Below the pieces are notes generated by a model. That model was not told where the DNA came from, ran no database searches, and saw only the letters and a program-made list of their open reading frames with translations. DNA of 63,625 nt, the filler included. It is 4 parts of 4 records of this genome, joined end to end, with 100 filler letters (N's around TTAATTAATTAA, not from the genome) between each part and the next. Parts side by side here need not be neighbours in the genome. Positions count along the whole stretch, not along the records: positions 15,644 to 39,932 come from SRR22947725_3044; 3 more parts are not named here. One strand, written 5' to 3'. Made by a program: the position numbers and the translations under genes. Of this stretch, positions 18,996 to 28,723 are shown piece by piece; the first letter of the stretch is position 1; the number at the start of each line of letters is the position of its first letter.

Positions 18996-19687
18996 ATTCT
19001 AATTTTTTTAAAAAAGTCCCTGCTGCTTAATTCTCTCCCATCTAAACATGCGCTAATAGCAACTTGTGATAGCTGTTTTAATTTTAACTTATCAATTCCT
19101 TCAAGGGCTCTATTTTTTATCGCTGCAATTTCTTTTGCAGAGAAACCCTCAACTTCACCAGCATAATGAAATCCTTTTTCTGGGACGTATGAATAAATCA
19201 TTGAATCTTTGAACTCTGAATTATCTTTGCTGTCTGTATCAAAATTAATGCCATAACCAAGCACATCAAGAAGGTCAAGCTCAAATATTCTTAGATCAAG
19301 CTCAGAAATTGCATCAGCTCTGGCAAGCTCAACAAAGTTTTGATAAAGATCATATAACTCCTGGTTGGGCAGTCCTTTGGGCAAGAGGCGCATCATTAAT
19401 TCATTAACATAAAGATAGGTATAAAGATCGTGCGGCCCCTTGACTGACTGTGAAACAAAATTAGAGTCTATCTGAGTTAAGGTCTTCATTTCTGATTTGC
19501 CAGTAACGATGATTCGCAAGGCGGAGAAAGGAAGCAAATGCCCAAAAAACTTTGATCGAGGATTTTTTGCGCCTTTGGCTATGATTGAAATTTTTCCTGC
19601 AGATTCCATAAAAACATCTGCAATGATTGATGTGTCTCCAAAAGACCTGGCGTGCAAAAGAAAGCATGGCTCCCAGTTATGTGGCAT
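18992..19687 (-). CDS. recO: DNA repair protein RecO
   Basis: FLLH.R.FGDTS.I, G.IS.IAKGA, Y.NEL..RLL, LR.FEL.LL..LGYG; follows era. Start placed at the ATG overlapping the era end. Confidence 0.92.
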   Translation of the reverse strand: MPHNWEPCFLLHARSFGDTSIIADVFMESAGKISIIAKGAKNPRSKFFGHLLPFSALRIIVTGKSEMKTLTQIDSNFVSQSVKGPHDLYTYLYVNELMMRLLPKGLPNQELYDLYQNFVELARADAISELDLRIFELDLLDVLGYGINFDTDSKDNSEFKDSMIYSYVPEKGFHYAGEVEGFSAKEIAAIKNRALEGIDKLKLKQLSQVAISACLDGRELSSRDFFKKIRI

Positions 19688-20585
19688 CTTGATTGCTGCC
19701 CACTCCAAGGCTGCTCAAATACTGAGCATCATTATTCCAATTCTTATTTACCTTCACAAAAGTTTTTAATAAAACTTTTTTATGAATCATTTTTTCAAGC
19801 TCGATTCTTGTTTGCTGCCCTATTCTTTTTAAATTAGAGCCTTGATGACCTATAACAATGCTTTTTTGACTATCACGAGCAACATAAATGATGACTCCAA
19901 TTGATAGCATCTTGCCTTCCATGGCTTTTGTTTCTACTGCCACATAAGTTTCATGAGGTAACTCATCTCCGAGCGACCGAATAATTTTTTCCCTTACAAG
20001 TTCGCTGATAAAAAAGTTGTCAGGTATTTCTTTTTCGTCAGGCTCGGCTGGGTATAAATGATTATTTTCAGGAAGATATTTTTTGATACATTCAAGCAGA
20101 TCATCAATACCAGTATGATTTAAAGCTGAAATGGGAACATAATCACCGAAAGAGTAAATTGCATCAATCTCTTGGATTAAGGGCAGTAGATCATTTTTAT
20201 TTTGCACTTGATCAACTTTATTTAAAACACATATAGAGGGCACATTAGTTTCTTTAATTTTTTTGAGAACCTGTCGATCTTGATCCTGCAATGAGGTTCT
20301 CTGAATAACAAATAACACTAAATCAGAGTCCTCTATTACACTTAAAGCTGAATGATTTAATACTTTATTGAGTGTTTTGGTTGCTTTGAGATGAATACCG
20401 GGGGTGTCTAAGAAAATCATTTGATGCCCTTTATCAGTTTTAACCCCTAAAATATTATTCCTCGTGGTTTGTGATTTGCGCGATGTAATCGATATTTTTT
20501 TCTCTAATATGGTATTTAGCAAAGTGGATTTGCCCACATTGGGCTTGCCAACGATGGAAATATAGCCACAAAACTGCTTCTTCAT
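19677..20585 (-). CDS. era: GTPase Era
   Basis: GKPNVGKSTL, QTTR, DTPG, NKVD; KH domain IVIGHQG. Confidence 0.96.
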   Translation of the reverse strand: MKKQFCGYISIVGKPNVGKSTLLNTILEKKISITSRKSQTTRNNILGVKTDKGHQMIFLDTPGIHLKATKTLNKVLNHSALSVIEDSDLVLFVIQRTSLQDQDRQVLKKIKETNVPSICVLNKVDQVQNKNDLLPLIQEIDAIYSFGDYVPISALNHTGIDDLLECIKKYLPENNHLYPAEPDEKEIPDNFFISELVREKIIRSLGDELPHETYVAVETKAMEGKMLSIGVIIYVARDSQKSIVIGHQGSNLKRIGQQTRIELEKMIHKKVLLKTFVKVNKNWNNDAQYLSSLGVGSNQDAT

Positions 20586-21235
20586 GCTCGATCCAATTCA
20601 AATAAAATTAATTCAGCAACCTTCTGCTCAGATTCTTTTTTTAGCGCAGCAGAAGCTTGGAAAGTTTTGCCATTAAATCTAACACTGCAGTCAAAATAAT
20701 TGCCCTCTTTATTAGATACAACTGAATATGTAGGTGGTTCAGCGCCATTGGCTTGTAATGCTTCTTGCAATCTTGATTTTGCATCCTTGAGTTCAATAGA
20801 TTCATTTAAAAGCAAAAAACTATTATGAAAAAGATGCAAGATAAAACTTTTACTTTCCTCAAAACCTAATTCGATAAAAATTGCTCCTATGCAAGCTTCT
20901 AAAGCGCCTGCATAAATTGAATGCTTGTGTGATTCATTTAATTTATTGGTGCCCTTAGAGGTTTGCAGCAAATCTTTGCAATCCAATCGCAGAAAAACCT
21001 CAGCAAGCGATTGAGTATTAACAAGGGATGCTCTCATTTGCGTTAATCTACCTTCATCTAATTGCTCAAAGCGATTAAAAAGATACTCAGATACTACGAT
21101 TTCCAAGACTGCATCACCCAAAAACTCTAGTCTTTCGTTGTTTTGATTGGAGGAAAAGCTCTTATGTATAAACGCTTGTTTAAATAAGGGTAGCTCTAAA
21201 TATGCTTTATTCACTAATAAAAAATTTTTTCTCAT
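20582..21235 (-). CDS. rnc: Ribonuclease III
   Basis: NNERLEFLGDAVL signature; dsRBD KSRLQE. Confidence 0.95.
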   Translation of the reverse strand: MRKNFLLVNKAYLELPLFKQAFIHKSFSSNQNNERLEFLGDAVLEIVVSEYLFNRFEQLDEGRLTQMRASLVNTQSLAEVFLRLDCKDLLQTSKGTNKLNESHKHSIYAGALEACIGAIFIELGFEESKSFILHLFHNSFLLLNESIELKDAKSRLQEALQANGAEPPTYSVVSNKEGNYFDCSVRFNGKTFQASAALKKESEQKVAELILFELDRA

Positions 21236-21240
21236 GGAGC

Positions 21241-22119
21241 TTATTGAATGAAGCCCGCTCTTTCAAACGATGGTAAACAGGTCCAGCACTCCCATGTCAT
21301 CCAAATCAGTTCTCCTGTACCCATAAAATTTTCTCTTGGAACAAAACCCCAGTATCTAGAGTCGCTGGAATTATCTCTATTATCACCCATAACAAAATAA
21401 TGATTTGCTGGCACAATAAATTCCTCAGGATATGAGGCGCTGCCTCCAACAATTCTAATAACTCTATCTGCGCTGCCTAAAGTTTCTTTTAAAAACGTTT
21501 CTTCGGCGTTTGAAGAAATAAACTCCTGCTGTATGGCTTTGCCATTAACATAAATCTTTTTATTGAGATAGCCAATGGTGTCCCCAGGCTTGCCAATTAA
21601 TCGTTTTATATAAGGAACATTGACATGAGGTGGAATAAAAACAACAACATCTCCATATTCAGGGTCTGCTGATAAAGCAAAAGCATCGCCTATTCTATTA
21701 ACCTTAAGGCCATAACTGTGTTTATTGACCAAAATAAAATCCCCAACTTTGAGGCCTGGAATCATTGACCCAGAGGGTATTTGATATGGCTCATAGATAA
21801 AGGTGCGAAGGATAAAAATTAAAAAAACTGGAACAAACCAACCTCTTCCTGTTGTTTTTAATAGTGTATTTTTGTTGTATATGCCTACTAATAAAATAAT
21901 CAAACAAATGATTGAACCAATCAATAAGACTGAGCCTAAATCTCCTGCATTAACAAAAATTCTATAGACGCCGATTAGAGATGATGAAAGGCCTGCAATG
22001 TATATAATTTGTTGCGATTGATCGGTTAGTGTGTCCTGCAGGACTTGATAAATCCAAATCCCTATAAGGCAAAATACAGCGAATAAAGATAATAAGAAGA
22101 TTGGATCTCCAAACATCAT
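21241..22119 (-). CDS. lepB: Signal peptidase I
   Basis: [31 protein letters not shown]. Confidence 0.95.
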   Translation of the reverse strand: MMFGDPIFLLSLFAVFCLIGIWIYQVLQDTLTDQSQQIIYIAGLSSSLIGVYRIFVNAGDLGSVLLIGSIICLIILLVGIYNKNTLLKTTGRGWFVPVFLIFILRTFIYEPYQIPSGSMIPGLKVGDFILVNKHSYGLKVNRIGDAFALSADPEYGDVVVFIPPHVNVPYIKRLIGKPGDTIGYLNKKIYVNGKAIQQEFISSNAEETFLKETLGSADRVIRIVGGSASYPEEFIVPANHYFVMGDNRDNSSDSRYWGFVPRENFMGTGELIWMTWECWTCLPSFERAGFIQ

Positions 22120-23906
22120 TTCTCTCCTGAATTGAAGTAATTAAGAAAGGCTTCTTGAGGTATAGATACTCTGCCAAATTGTTTCATTTTCTTTTTGCCT
22201 TCTTTTTGTTTTTCAAGCAACTTCTTTTTACGTGTTATATCTCCACCATAACATTTTGCAGTAACGTTCTTTCTAAGAGCCTTAACCGTTTCACGAGAAA
22301 TTATTTTAGAGCCCAAAGCAACTTGAATGGGGATGTCAAACATTTGACGGGGAATAAGTTTCTGTAAATTTTTTGCTACTTCCCTACCTCGGCTCATGGC
22401 AAAATCTTTGTGAATAATAATAGACAAGGCATCAACCACATCATTGTTTAGCAGTACATCCAATTTAATTAAATTTGAAGCTTTAAATTCAGTGATATTG
22501 TATTCAATAGAGGCATAACCTTTGGTAGTAGATTTTAACCTATCAAAAAAATCAATGATTACTTCAGCAAGCGGCATCTCAAAAACTATAGAGACCTGAT
22601 TACCAAAATATGTCATTTCCTTTTGGGTGCCTCTTTTTTGGGTGCACAATGTGATTACATTTCCAACATAATCTTTTGGAGTCAAGATGGTTGCCGAAAC
22701 ATATGGCTCTCTTATTTCACTTACATTGCTTAAAGCTGGAAGCTGGGAGGGGCTATCACAATCTATAATCTCACCATCAGTCTTCACCACTTGATATTGA
22801 ACAGATGGGGCGGTAGAAATGAGATTTAAGTCATACTCTCTTTCGAGCCTCTCTCTGACCACCTCTAAATGCAGCGTTCCTAAAAAACCGCATCTGAAGC
22901 CAAAGCCTAGAGCATCAGATACCTCTGGCTCATAAATTAAAGCAGAGTCATTTAATACCAGTTTAGAAAGAGCGTCTCTAAACTTTTCATAATCGTCTGA
23001 ATCAACAGTAAACAAGGATGCAAAAACTTTTGGTAGAACTTTTTGAAAACCAGGCAAGGGTTTGGATGTATCATTTTTAGAGTCTAAAATTGTGTCGCCA
23101 ACTGGCGCTCCCTGAATGTTTTTGATACCAGCAACCATATAACCAACCTGACCAACATTCAGTTCTTTTTTGGCAATCTTTTTTGGAGAAAATATCCCAA
23201 TCTGATCTGCTAAATATGCTTGCTGGGTCGAATATACCTTGATTTTTTGGCCTTGTTTAATAGAGCCATTTATAACTTTAATTAAAGAGACAACTCCAAG
23301 ATAGGCATCAAACCAGGAGTCAATAATTAAAGCTTCAAAATCTGCATTAGGGTCTCCCTTAGGTGGCGGAATATTATCCACCAAGAGATTTAATAACTCT
23401 TCTATGCCTTGACCAGTCTTGGCGCTAACCAAGGGTGCGAGGGTTGCATCAATTCCAATCATATCTTCAATTTCTTGCTTCACTCTATCTGGATCTGATT
23501 GAGGTAAATCAATTTTATTTATTACAGCTAACACCTCAAGATTTTGATCAACGGCGGTATAACAATTAGCTAGAGTTTGAGCTTCCACCCCTTGCGATCC
23601 ATCAACCACCAACAAGGCACCTTCGCATGCAGACAATGAGCGAGAAACTTCATACGAAAAGTCTACATGTCCTGGAGTATCGATAAAATTGAGTTGATAT
23701 GTTTCACCATCCCTTTCGTAATCAAGCGTAACGGCTTGAGCTTTTATGGTAATCCCTCGCTCTCTTTCTATGTCCATCGAGTCAAGAATCTGCTCAGACA
23801 TTTCTCTTTGAGAGAGACCGCCACAATATTCTATTAATCTATCAGACAGGGTTGATTTCCCATGATCAATATGGGCAATGATGGAGAAATTTCTAATATT
23901 TTTCAT
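22116..23906 (-). CDS. lepA: Elongation factor 4
   Basis: [48 protein letters not shown]. Confidence 0.98.
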   Translation of the reverse strand: MKNIRNFSIIAHIDHGKSTLSDRLIEYCGGLSQREMSEQILDSMDIERERGITIKAQAVTLDYERDGETYQLNFIDTPGHVDFSYEVSRSLSACEGALLVVDGSQGVEAQTLANCYTAVDQNLEVLAVINKIDLPQSDPDRVKQEIEDMIGIDATLAPLVSAKTGQGIEELLNLLVDNIPPPKGDPNADFEALIIDSWFDAYLGVVSLIKVINGSIKQGQKIKVYSTQQAYLADQIGIFSPKKIAKKELNVGQVGYMVAGIKNIQGAPVGDTILDSKNDTSKPLPGFQKVLPKVFASLFTVDSDDYEKFRDALSKLVLNDSALIYEPEVSDALGFGFRCGFLGTLHLEVVRERLEREYDLNLISTAPSVQYQVVKTDGEIIDCDSPSQLPALSNVSEIREPYVSATILTPKDYVGNVITLCTQKRGTQKEMTYFGNQVSIVFEMPLAEVIIDFFDRLKSTTKGYASIEYNITEFKASNLIKLDVLLNNDVVDALSIIIHKDFAMSRGREVAKNLQKLIPRQMFDIPIQVALGSKIISRETVKALRKNVTAKCYGGDITRKKKLLEKQKEGKKKMKQFGRVSIPQEAFLNYFNSGEK

Positions 23907-23931
23907 CTTCTAATAAATGCATGACTATTCT

Positions 23932-23966
23932 ATAAGAAAAGCTGATCTGTTATCAGCTTTTCTTAT
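23932..23966. terminator. Perfect 15-bp hairpin between degP and lepA (terminator or processing site)
   Basis: ATAAGAAAAGCTGAT-CTGTT-ATCAGCTTTTCTTAT. Confidence 0.7.
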
Positions 23967-23981
23967 GCATTTAAGATGAAT

Positions 23982-25379
23982 TTAATCTACGGTAACCGCA
24001 ACAAAAAACCTGTTATTATTTCTACGTCCTACAATAGCTAATTTATCGCCTTCATCAAATTCTTCAATCAACTTCTCAAAAAACTCAGCATCCTCAATCT
24101 CATAACGCTTACCTTGGGAAATAACTTCAGTAATAATATCGCCCCTTGTTAATTTTCCATATGCCGGGGAGCCATTATTGACTCTTAAAACTAACACTCC
24201 TTTTTCAGGATCAGTTGGGCGAGAATTCTCTTCAGAAAGATCCTCGATCTTTAATCCAAGAGGATCACTAGAAACCTCAGTTTTAGCTGGAATGAATGTT
24301 CTTTCATCAGCAGGCAGCTCACCTAAAACAAATTTTAGATTGATGTTTTTTCCATCGCGGATAACCTTTGCACTAGCCTTTGTTTCAGGTTGGATTCTTC
24401 CAACAACATGCGGCAAATCTGATCCAAATTTAATTTCCTTACCGTTAAATTCAATAATTACATCTCCTGCTTGCAGTCCAGCATCATCACCTGATTCACC
24501 CTTTTCAACATCAGTGATAAGTGCTCCATAGGGTTTATCCATGCTCAGTGCTTCAGCAAGGTCATTATCAACTTCGCCCACTCTGACACCAAGATATCCT
24601 CGAGATACAGCACCATCTTCGATAATCTGATTGGCTACCTCCATAGCAACATCTATAGGTATTGCAAATGCAAGACCTTGATAACCTCCACTTCTTGAAT
24701 ATATTTGTGAATTAATGCCAACAACCTTTCCATCTAAATCAAATAATGGTCCGCCAGAGTTTCCTGGGTTGATAGCAACATCTGTTTGAATGAATGGAAC
24801 ATAGTTTCCAATATTTTGATTCTGAATACTTCTTCCTTTTGCGCTCACAATTCCAGCAGTAACTGAAAAATCAAAAGAAAACGGAGATCCAATTGCGACA
24901 ACCCAGTCTCCAACCTTTAGATTTTCACTATCACCAATAGAAACTTTAGGTAAATTTTTACCTTTAATCTTTAAAACTGCTAAATCTGAAAGAGGATCAA
25001 TGCCAACCACTTCGGCAGAAAATTCTCTTCTATCATTTAAAGAAACTGTGATTTCTTCAGCCTCGTCAACTACATGAAAGTTAGTTAGCAAATAACCATC
25101 TTTAAAAATAAAACCAGAGCCATATGCAACTGCTTCTCTTGTTTCAGGCTGTTGAGGTTGAGGGAAACCTCTTCCTCTAGGAATACCAAAAAACCTTTCA
25201 AATTCATCAAAGCCTCGAAGTGAATTTTGCATTTTTACCTCTTTCCGAGAGGTGATATTCACTACAGCAGGAGCAGATGTTTCAACTAGCTCTGAAATAT
25301 TAGATGGCAATGCAGCGTTGATAAAGGATGAAAATCCTAGAACCAATAAAAGAGCAGTCTTGTTTTTATACAGATTCAT
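23982..25379 (-). CDS. degP: Periplasmic HtrA/DegP (MucD-like) serine protease with two PDZ domains
   Basis: LTNFHVV, SDLAVLKI, INPGNSGGPL catalytic triad motifs; signal peptide; position matches mucD. Confidence 0.92.
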   Translation of the reverse strand: MNLYKNKTALLLVLGFSSFINAALPSNISELVETSAPAVVNITSRKEVKMQNSLRGFDEFERFFGIPRGRGFPQPQQPETREAVAYGSGFIFKDGYLLTNFHVVDEAEEITVSLNDRREFSAEVVGIDPLSDLAVLKIKGKNLPKVSIGDSENLKVGDWVVAIGSPFSFDFSVTAGIVSAKGRSIQNQNIGNYVPFIQTDVAINPGNSGGPLFDLDGKVVGINSQIYSRSGGYQGLAFAIPIDVAMEVANQIIEDGAVSRGYLGVRVGEVDNDLAEALSMDKPYGALITDVEKGESGDDAGLQAGDVIIEFNGKEIKFGSDLPHVVGRIQPETKASAKVIRDGKNINLKFVLGELPADERTFIPAKTEVSSDPLGLKIEDLSEENSRPTDPEKGVLVLRVNNGSPAYGKLTRGDIITEVISQGKRYEIEDAEFFEKLIEEFDEGDKLAIVGRRNNNRFFVAVTVD

Positions 25380-25380
25380 G

Positions 25381-26073
25381 TTAATTCCTTTGATAAATTG
25401 ATTGGATCATTGGGTTAGCTACTGACGGAGGTATATCACCATAAGCAGTTAACAGTTTTCCATCTTGCAACGGAATCAAATAAATCCAGTTATTATTTGC
25501 TTTAAAGTATTTTACCTTTTTAATGCCGAGTTGCTTGTTTTCAAGGTGAAAAAATAAATTATTTCTTCCATTTGAGTATTGATTGGGGTTGGTTGGATTG
25601 ACAGAAAAACCTACCGGGATCCAGTTTTTTGAAATCTGCTGAGAGCTATGAGATGCATTGGATTGCATAATATGAATCATATGCTCCATTATATTTTGAT
25701 CAGCATCAAGCAATTGACTTTTTGCCTCATCGCTTGAAATTGCAGATGAAAGTTGCAAAGAGCTCTCTCTATCAACCTGAAAACGATCATCGTCAAACTG
25801 ATATAAAATGATCAACGTAATTAAGACTGTCGCTGCAGCTGTGAACAAGTTACTCATTAGGGGGTTAACTTTAATGAGGTAATCTTTAAAAAATAAAAGC
25901 TTTGAAGTATTTTGCTTAGTTTGTCTTTGAACCAACTCAGAGATGAGTCCAAACTTATGGAAAGTCTCTTTTAGTCCTTGATCTTCGCGCATCTTGTCTA
26001 GGCCTTCTTGAATTTCCTTGTATGAAAGCTCTCCATCGTATAATGCAGATAGTTTTTCTAAATCTTTATCCAT
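25381..26073 (-). CDS. rseA: Anti-sigma-E factor RseA/MucA with an apparent fused RseB/MucB C-terminal domain
   Basis: N-terminal EKLSALYDGEL (RseA_N) and TM AAATVL. C-terminal WIPVGF...YSNG...LLTAYGDIPPSVA...IQSI resembles the RseB C-terminal domain. Immediately downstream of rpoE. Confidence 0.8.
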   Translation of the reverse strand: MDKDLEKLSALYDGELSYKEIQEGLDKMREDQGLKETFHKFGLISELVQRQTKQNTSKLLFFKDYLIKVNPLMSNLFTAAATVLITLIILYQFDDDRFQVDRESSLQLSSAISSDEAKSQLLDADQNIMEHMIHIMQSNASHSSQQISKNWIPVGFSVNPTNPNQYSNGRNNLFFHLENKQLGIKKVKYFKANNNWIYLIPLQDGKLLTAYGDIPPSVANPMIQSIYQRN

Positions 26074-26635
26074 TGATAATATTCTCCTGATTTATAAATT
26101 CTAGTATTAATTGTCTAGCCCTGAATATTCTTGATCTCACTGTGCCTATCGGACATTTCAGAATTTCGGCTATTTCATCGTAAGTTCTTCCATCAATTTC
26201 CCTCAACGTAAAAGCAGTTTTAGTATCAGCATCGAGAGTTTGTATAAATTTCATAATCTTATCTTCAGATTCCATTGCTATAAGCTCAGTTTCTGGAGAC
26301 AGATACTCAGGCACATCATGTTCATTTTGATCGAGAGAGTCTGTGATCTTTGACCTTTTAGAAAAGCTGCTAGCGAAATCATTTTTTGCCAAATTGATTC
26401 CAATCCTAAAAATCCATGTAAAAAGTGCGCTGTCTCCTCTAAAAGAGTCAATTTTTTGCCAAACTCTAATAAAGGTTTTTTGGCATAACTCCTCAGCCTG
26501 ATCTCTTGATTTTGTATATCCGATCAAAGAAGACATTAGTTTTGGCTGATATTTTAAAACCATGGCCTCGAAAGCGGCTGCATTTCCAGCTTTAATTTCA
26601 TTTACAAACACTTCATCCCCCTTGCTAACTCCCAT
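26066..26635 (-). CDS. rpoE: ECF sigma factor sigma-E (RpoE/AlgU)
   Basis: FRGDSALFTWIFRIGINLAKN, LREIDG.TYDEIA.IL.CPIGTVRSRIFRAR; conserved synteny. Confidence 0.92.
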   Translation of the reverse strand: MGVSKGDEVFVNEIKAGNAAAFEAMVLKYQPKLMSSLIGYTKSRDQAEELCQKTFIRVWQKIDSFRGDSALFTWIFRIGINLAKNDFASSFSKRSKITDSLDQNEHDVPEYLSPETELIAMESEDKIMKFIQTLDADTKTAFTLREIDGRTYDEIAEILKCPIGTVRSRIFRARQLILEFINQENIING

Positions 26636-26677
26636 AGTTTTCCTCGCTTATTTGGACAAAGGTGCAATGAAATAGTT

Positions 26678-26926
26678 TCACTTATCTGTAAATTTTTTTA
26701 AATTATTTAATATAAAACTTTCTTTTTCAGGACTGTTTAAGGATTCATTCTTGAAAATAAAGTCATAAAGGGCTTGATCCTCAAGATCTAAAATGCTGTT
26801 AAACATCTCAAGCTCCTCTTTGGAAAGAAAGTCTAGTTTCTCTTCAATGTATCTCCTGAACAGAAGGTCTAACTCTCGAAGACCCCTTCTACACTTCCAT
26901 TTAGTTTTATTAATGTCTGTATTCAT
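26678..26926 (-). CDS. sdhE: Succinate dehydrogenase assembly factor SdhE
   Basis: KWKCRRGLRELDLL (RGxxE) motif; divergent from ygfZ. Confidence 0.92.
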   Translation of the reverse strand: MNTDINKTKWKCRRGLRELDLLFRRYIEEKLDFLSKEELEMFNSILDLEDQALYDFIFKNESLNSPEKESFILNNLKKFTDK

Positions 26927-26974
26927 TTTCTAGGCTAATATAATATCCTTATTCAAACTTTTTAATTAAATAAC

Positions 26975-27736
26975 TTGGTAAATTCTGAATTTATAAAATA
27001 TGGAGCTGTAAATCTTGAAGATATTACAGCCATTCATCTAAACGGTGATTTTGACTCTGTCTTAAACCTTTTACAAGGACAAGTAACATCAGATTGCACT
27101 CTAATATCAGAACAAATTGGACAAATATCCTCTTTATGTAACGAAAAAGGCTTTATTCTATGTAACTTTGAGATCATTGTTGATCAAAATGAGTGGCTAA
27201 TTATTATTGAAAAAGCTTCAAAAGATATATTTTTAGATGAAATAACCAAATTTTTGCCATTTTACAAAGTATCTGCTGAACCAGTTAGCTATAAAGTTAT
27301 TGGTCTTTCAAGAAAAAAGGGGGAGCCCATGCTTACGCAAGAGCATTTAATTTTAAGTTCAGATAAAGCTTCTTTGTCTATGTTAATAGATAAGAAAGAT
27401 GAATTTCGTGGCGATTTAGATAGTCTCAGCCATGATGGCTGGGCAATAAATCGAAAAATTATGAATGATCACCAAATTATTTCTGAAGAAATAGGTAAAT
27501 ATCGACCTCATGAAATAGGTCAGCATGTTAATAGGGTTAGCTTTAATAAAGGCTGTTTTAAAGGTCAAGAAATAATTGCCCGCATGGAGTATCTTGGTAA
27601 ATTAAAAAAAGAAACAAAATTAATTATCCATTCAAGTTTTGACGATGTATCTAAATTTACAATTATTGGTAAAAGCTATCATGATAATAAAAAAATTTTT
27701 TCGTCCTGCCTTGGAAAAATAGATAGCTTTTCTTAA
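26975..27736 (+). CDS. ygfZ: Folate-binding protein YgfZ (shortened)
   Basis: LLQGQVTSD, KG.I and VSFNKGCFKGQEIIARM motifs. Confidence 0.88.
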   Translation: MVNSEFIKYGAVNLEDITAIHLNGDFDSVLNLLQGQVTSDCTLISEQIGQISSLCNEKGFILCNFEIIVDQNEWLIIIEKASKDIFLDEITKFLPFYKVSAEPVSYKVIGLSRKKGEPMLTQEHLILSSDKASLSMLIDKKDEFRGDLDSLSHDGWAINRKIMNDHQIISEEIGKYRPHEIGQHVNRVSFNKGCFKGQEIIARMEYLGKLKKETKLIIHSSFDDVSKFTIIGKSYHDNKKIFSSCLGKIDSFS

Positions 27737-27742
27737 AAAGAG

Positions 27743-28417
27743 CTATTTCAGCCTCCAGTTAATTTCACCAGAGCCATTTTCTTTTAAAATTTCATTAATT
27801 TTTGAAAAGTGCTTGCAACCAAAAAAACCTCGATAGGCAGATAGAGGAGATGGGTGTGGAGCTATTAAAATATTATTTTGTTTTTTATTGATTAAATTAT
27901 ATTTTTTTTGAGCCGACTTACCCCATAAAACAAAAATCATACTTCCCCTTTCACTCAATTGAGAAATAATTTTATTTGTTAATTTCTCCCAGCCTATTTC
28001 TTGGTGAGAATTTGGCATCCCCTCCTCAACGGTTAGCACAGAATTTAATAATAAGATTTTTTGCTCAGCCCATGAAGTCAAATCACCATGACTAGAAATC
28101 GGAATATTTAGATCATTTTTTAATTCAAGAAAAATATTTTTTAATGAAGGGGGAATATTATTTTCTTTATTCACAGAGAATGACAGCCCGTTTGCCTGGC
28201 CCAAACCATGATATGGATCTTGACCTAAAATTAATACTTTGGTTTCAAAAAAATGAACCAATTCCAGGGCGCGAAATATAGAAGGATTTGGTGGAAATAT
28301 ATTGATGTCTTGTGTCTGTAATTTCAAAAATTTTGACTCCATCTCATCCAAAAAATCTTGACAAAATCCCTTGCCAAGTGGCTCTAACCATGTGTCGGGA
28401 AAATTTAAAATATTCAA
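27743..28417 (-). CDS. ung: Uracil-DNA glycosylase (family 1)
   Basis: LGQDPYHG, GLSFSV, PPSL.NI, HPSPLS motifs. Confidence 0.96.
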   Translation of the reverse strand: MNILNFPDTWLEPLGKGFCQDFLDEMESKFLKLQTQDINIFPPNPSIFRALELVHFFETKVLILGQDPYHGLGQANGLSFSVNKENNIPPSLKNIFLELKNDLNIPISSHGDLTSWAEQKILLLNSVLTVEEGMPNSHQEIGWEKLTNKIISQLSERGSMIFVLWGKSAQKKYNLINKKQNNILIAPHPSPLSAYRGFFGCKHFSKINEILKENGSGEINWRLK

Positions 28418-28446
28418 AAAAACTACTCTTAAAAACTGCTTAAATT

Positions 28447-28481
28447 TTATCCACAGAATCTGTGGATAAAGCTTGGGATAA
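28447..28481. promoter_or_regulatory. DnaA-box triad (two perfect boxes in inverted orientation plus one degenerate box)
   Basis: TTATCCACA (28447-28455), GAATC, TGTGGATAA (28461-28469), AGC, TTGGGATAA (28473-28481). Confidence 0.8.
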
Positions 28482-28567
28482 CTTAATATTCTTATATTTT
28501 AGACTGATTTAATAAGGTTTCATGCAAATTGATCAAAAACTAATCAATTAATAACAATATAACCGCA

Positions 28568-28580
28568 TATCAGTATTTTA
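28568..28580 (+). promoter_or_regulatory. Putative IHF binding site
   Basis: TATCAG-TATT-TTA matches WATCARNNNNTTR; may be chance in AT-rich DNA. Confidence 0.35.
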
Positions 28581-28723
28581 TACTATTTTAAGGTACAATT
28601 AATGTATTTTTAGCCGAGGTAAATCAAACTCTCGATACCATCATTTTGTTCTGTGGGCAAGTATTTTTTTTAAAAAAATTAAACTAGAATAGACGCTCCT
28701 TATAGTAACCATAAATAATCCAT

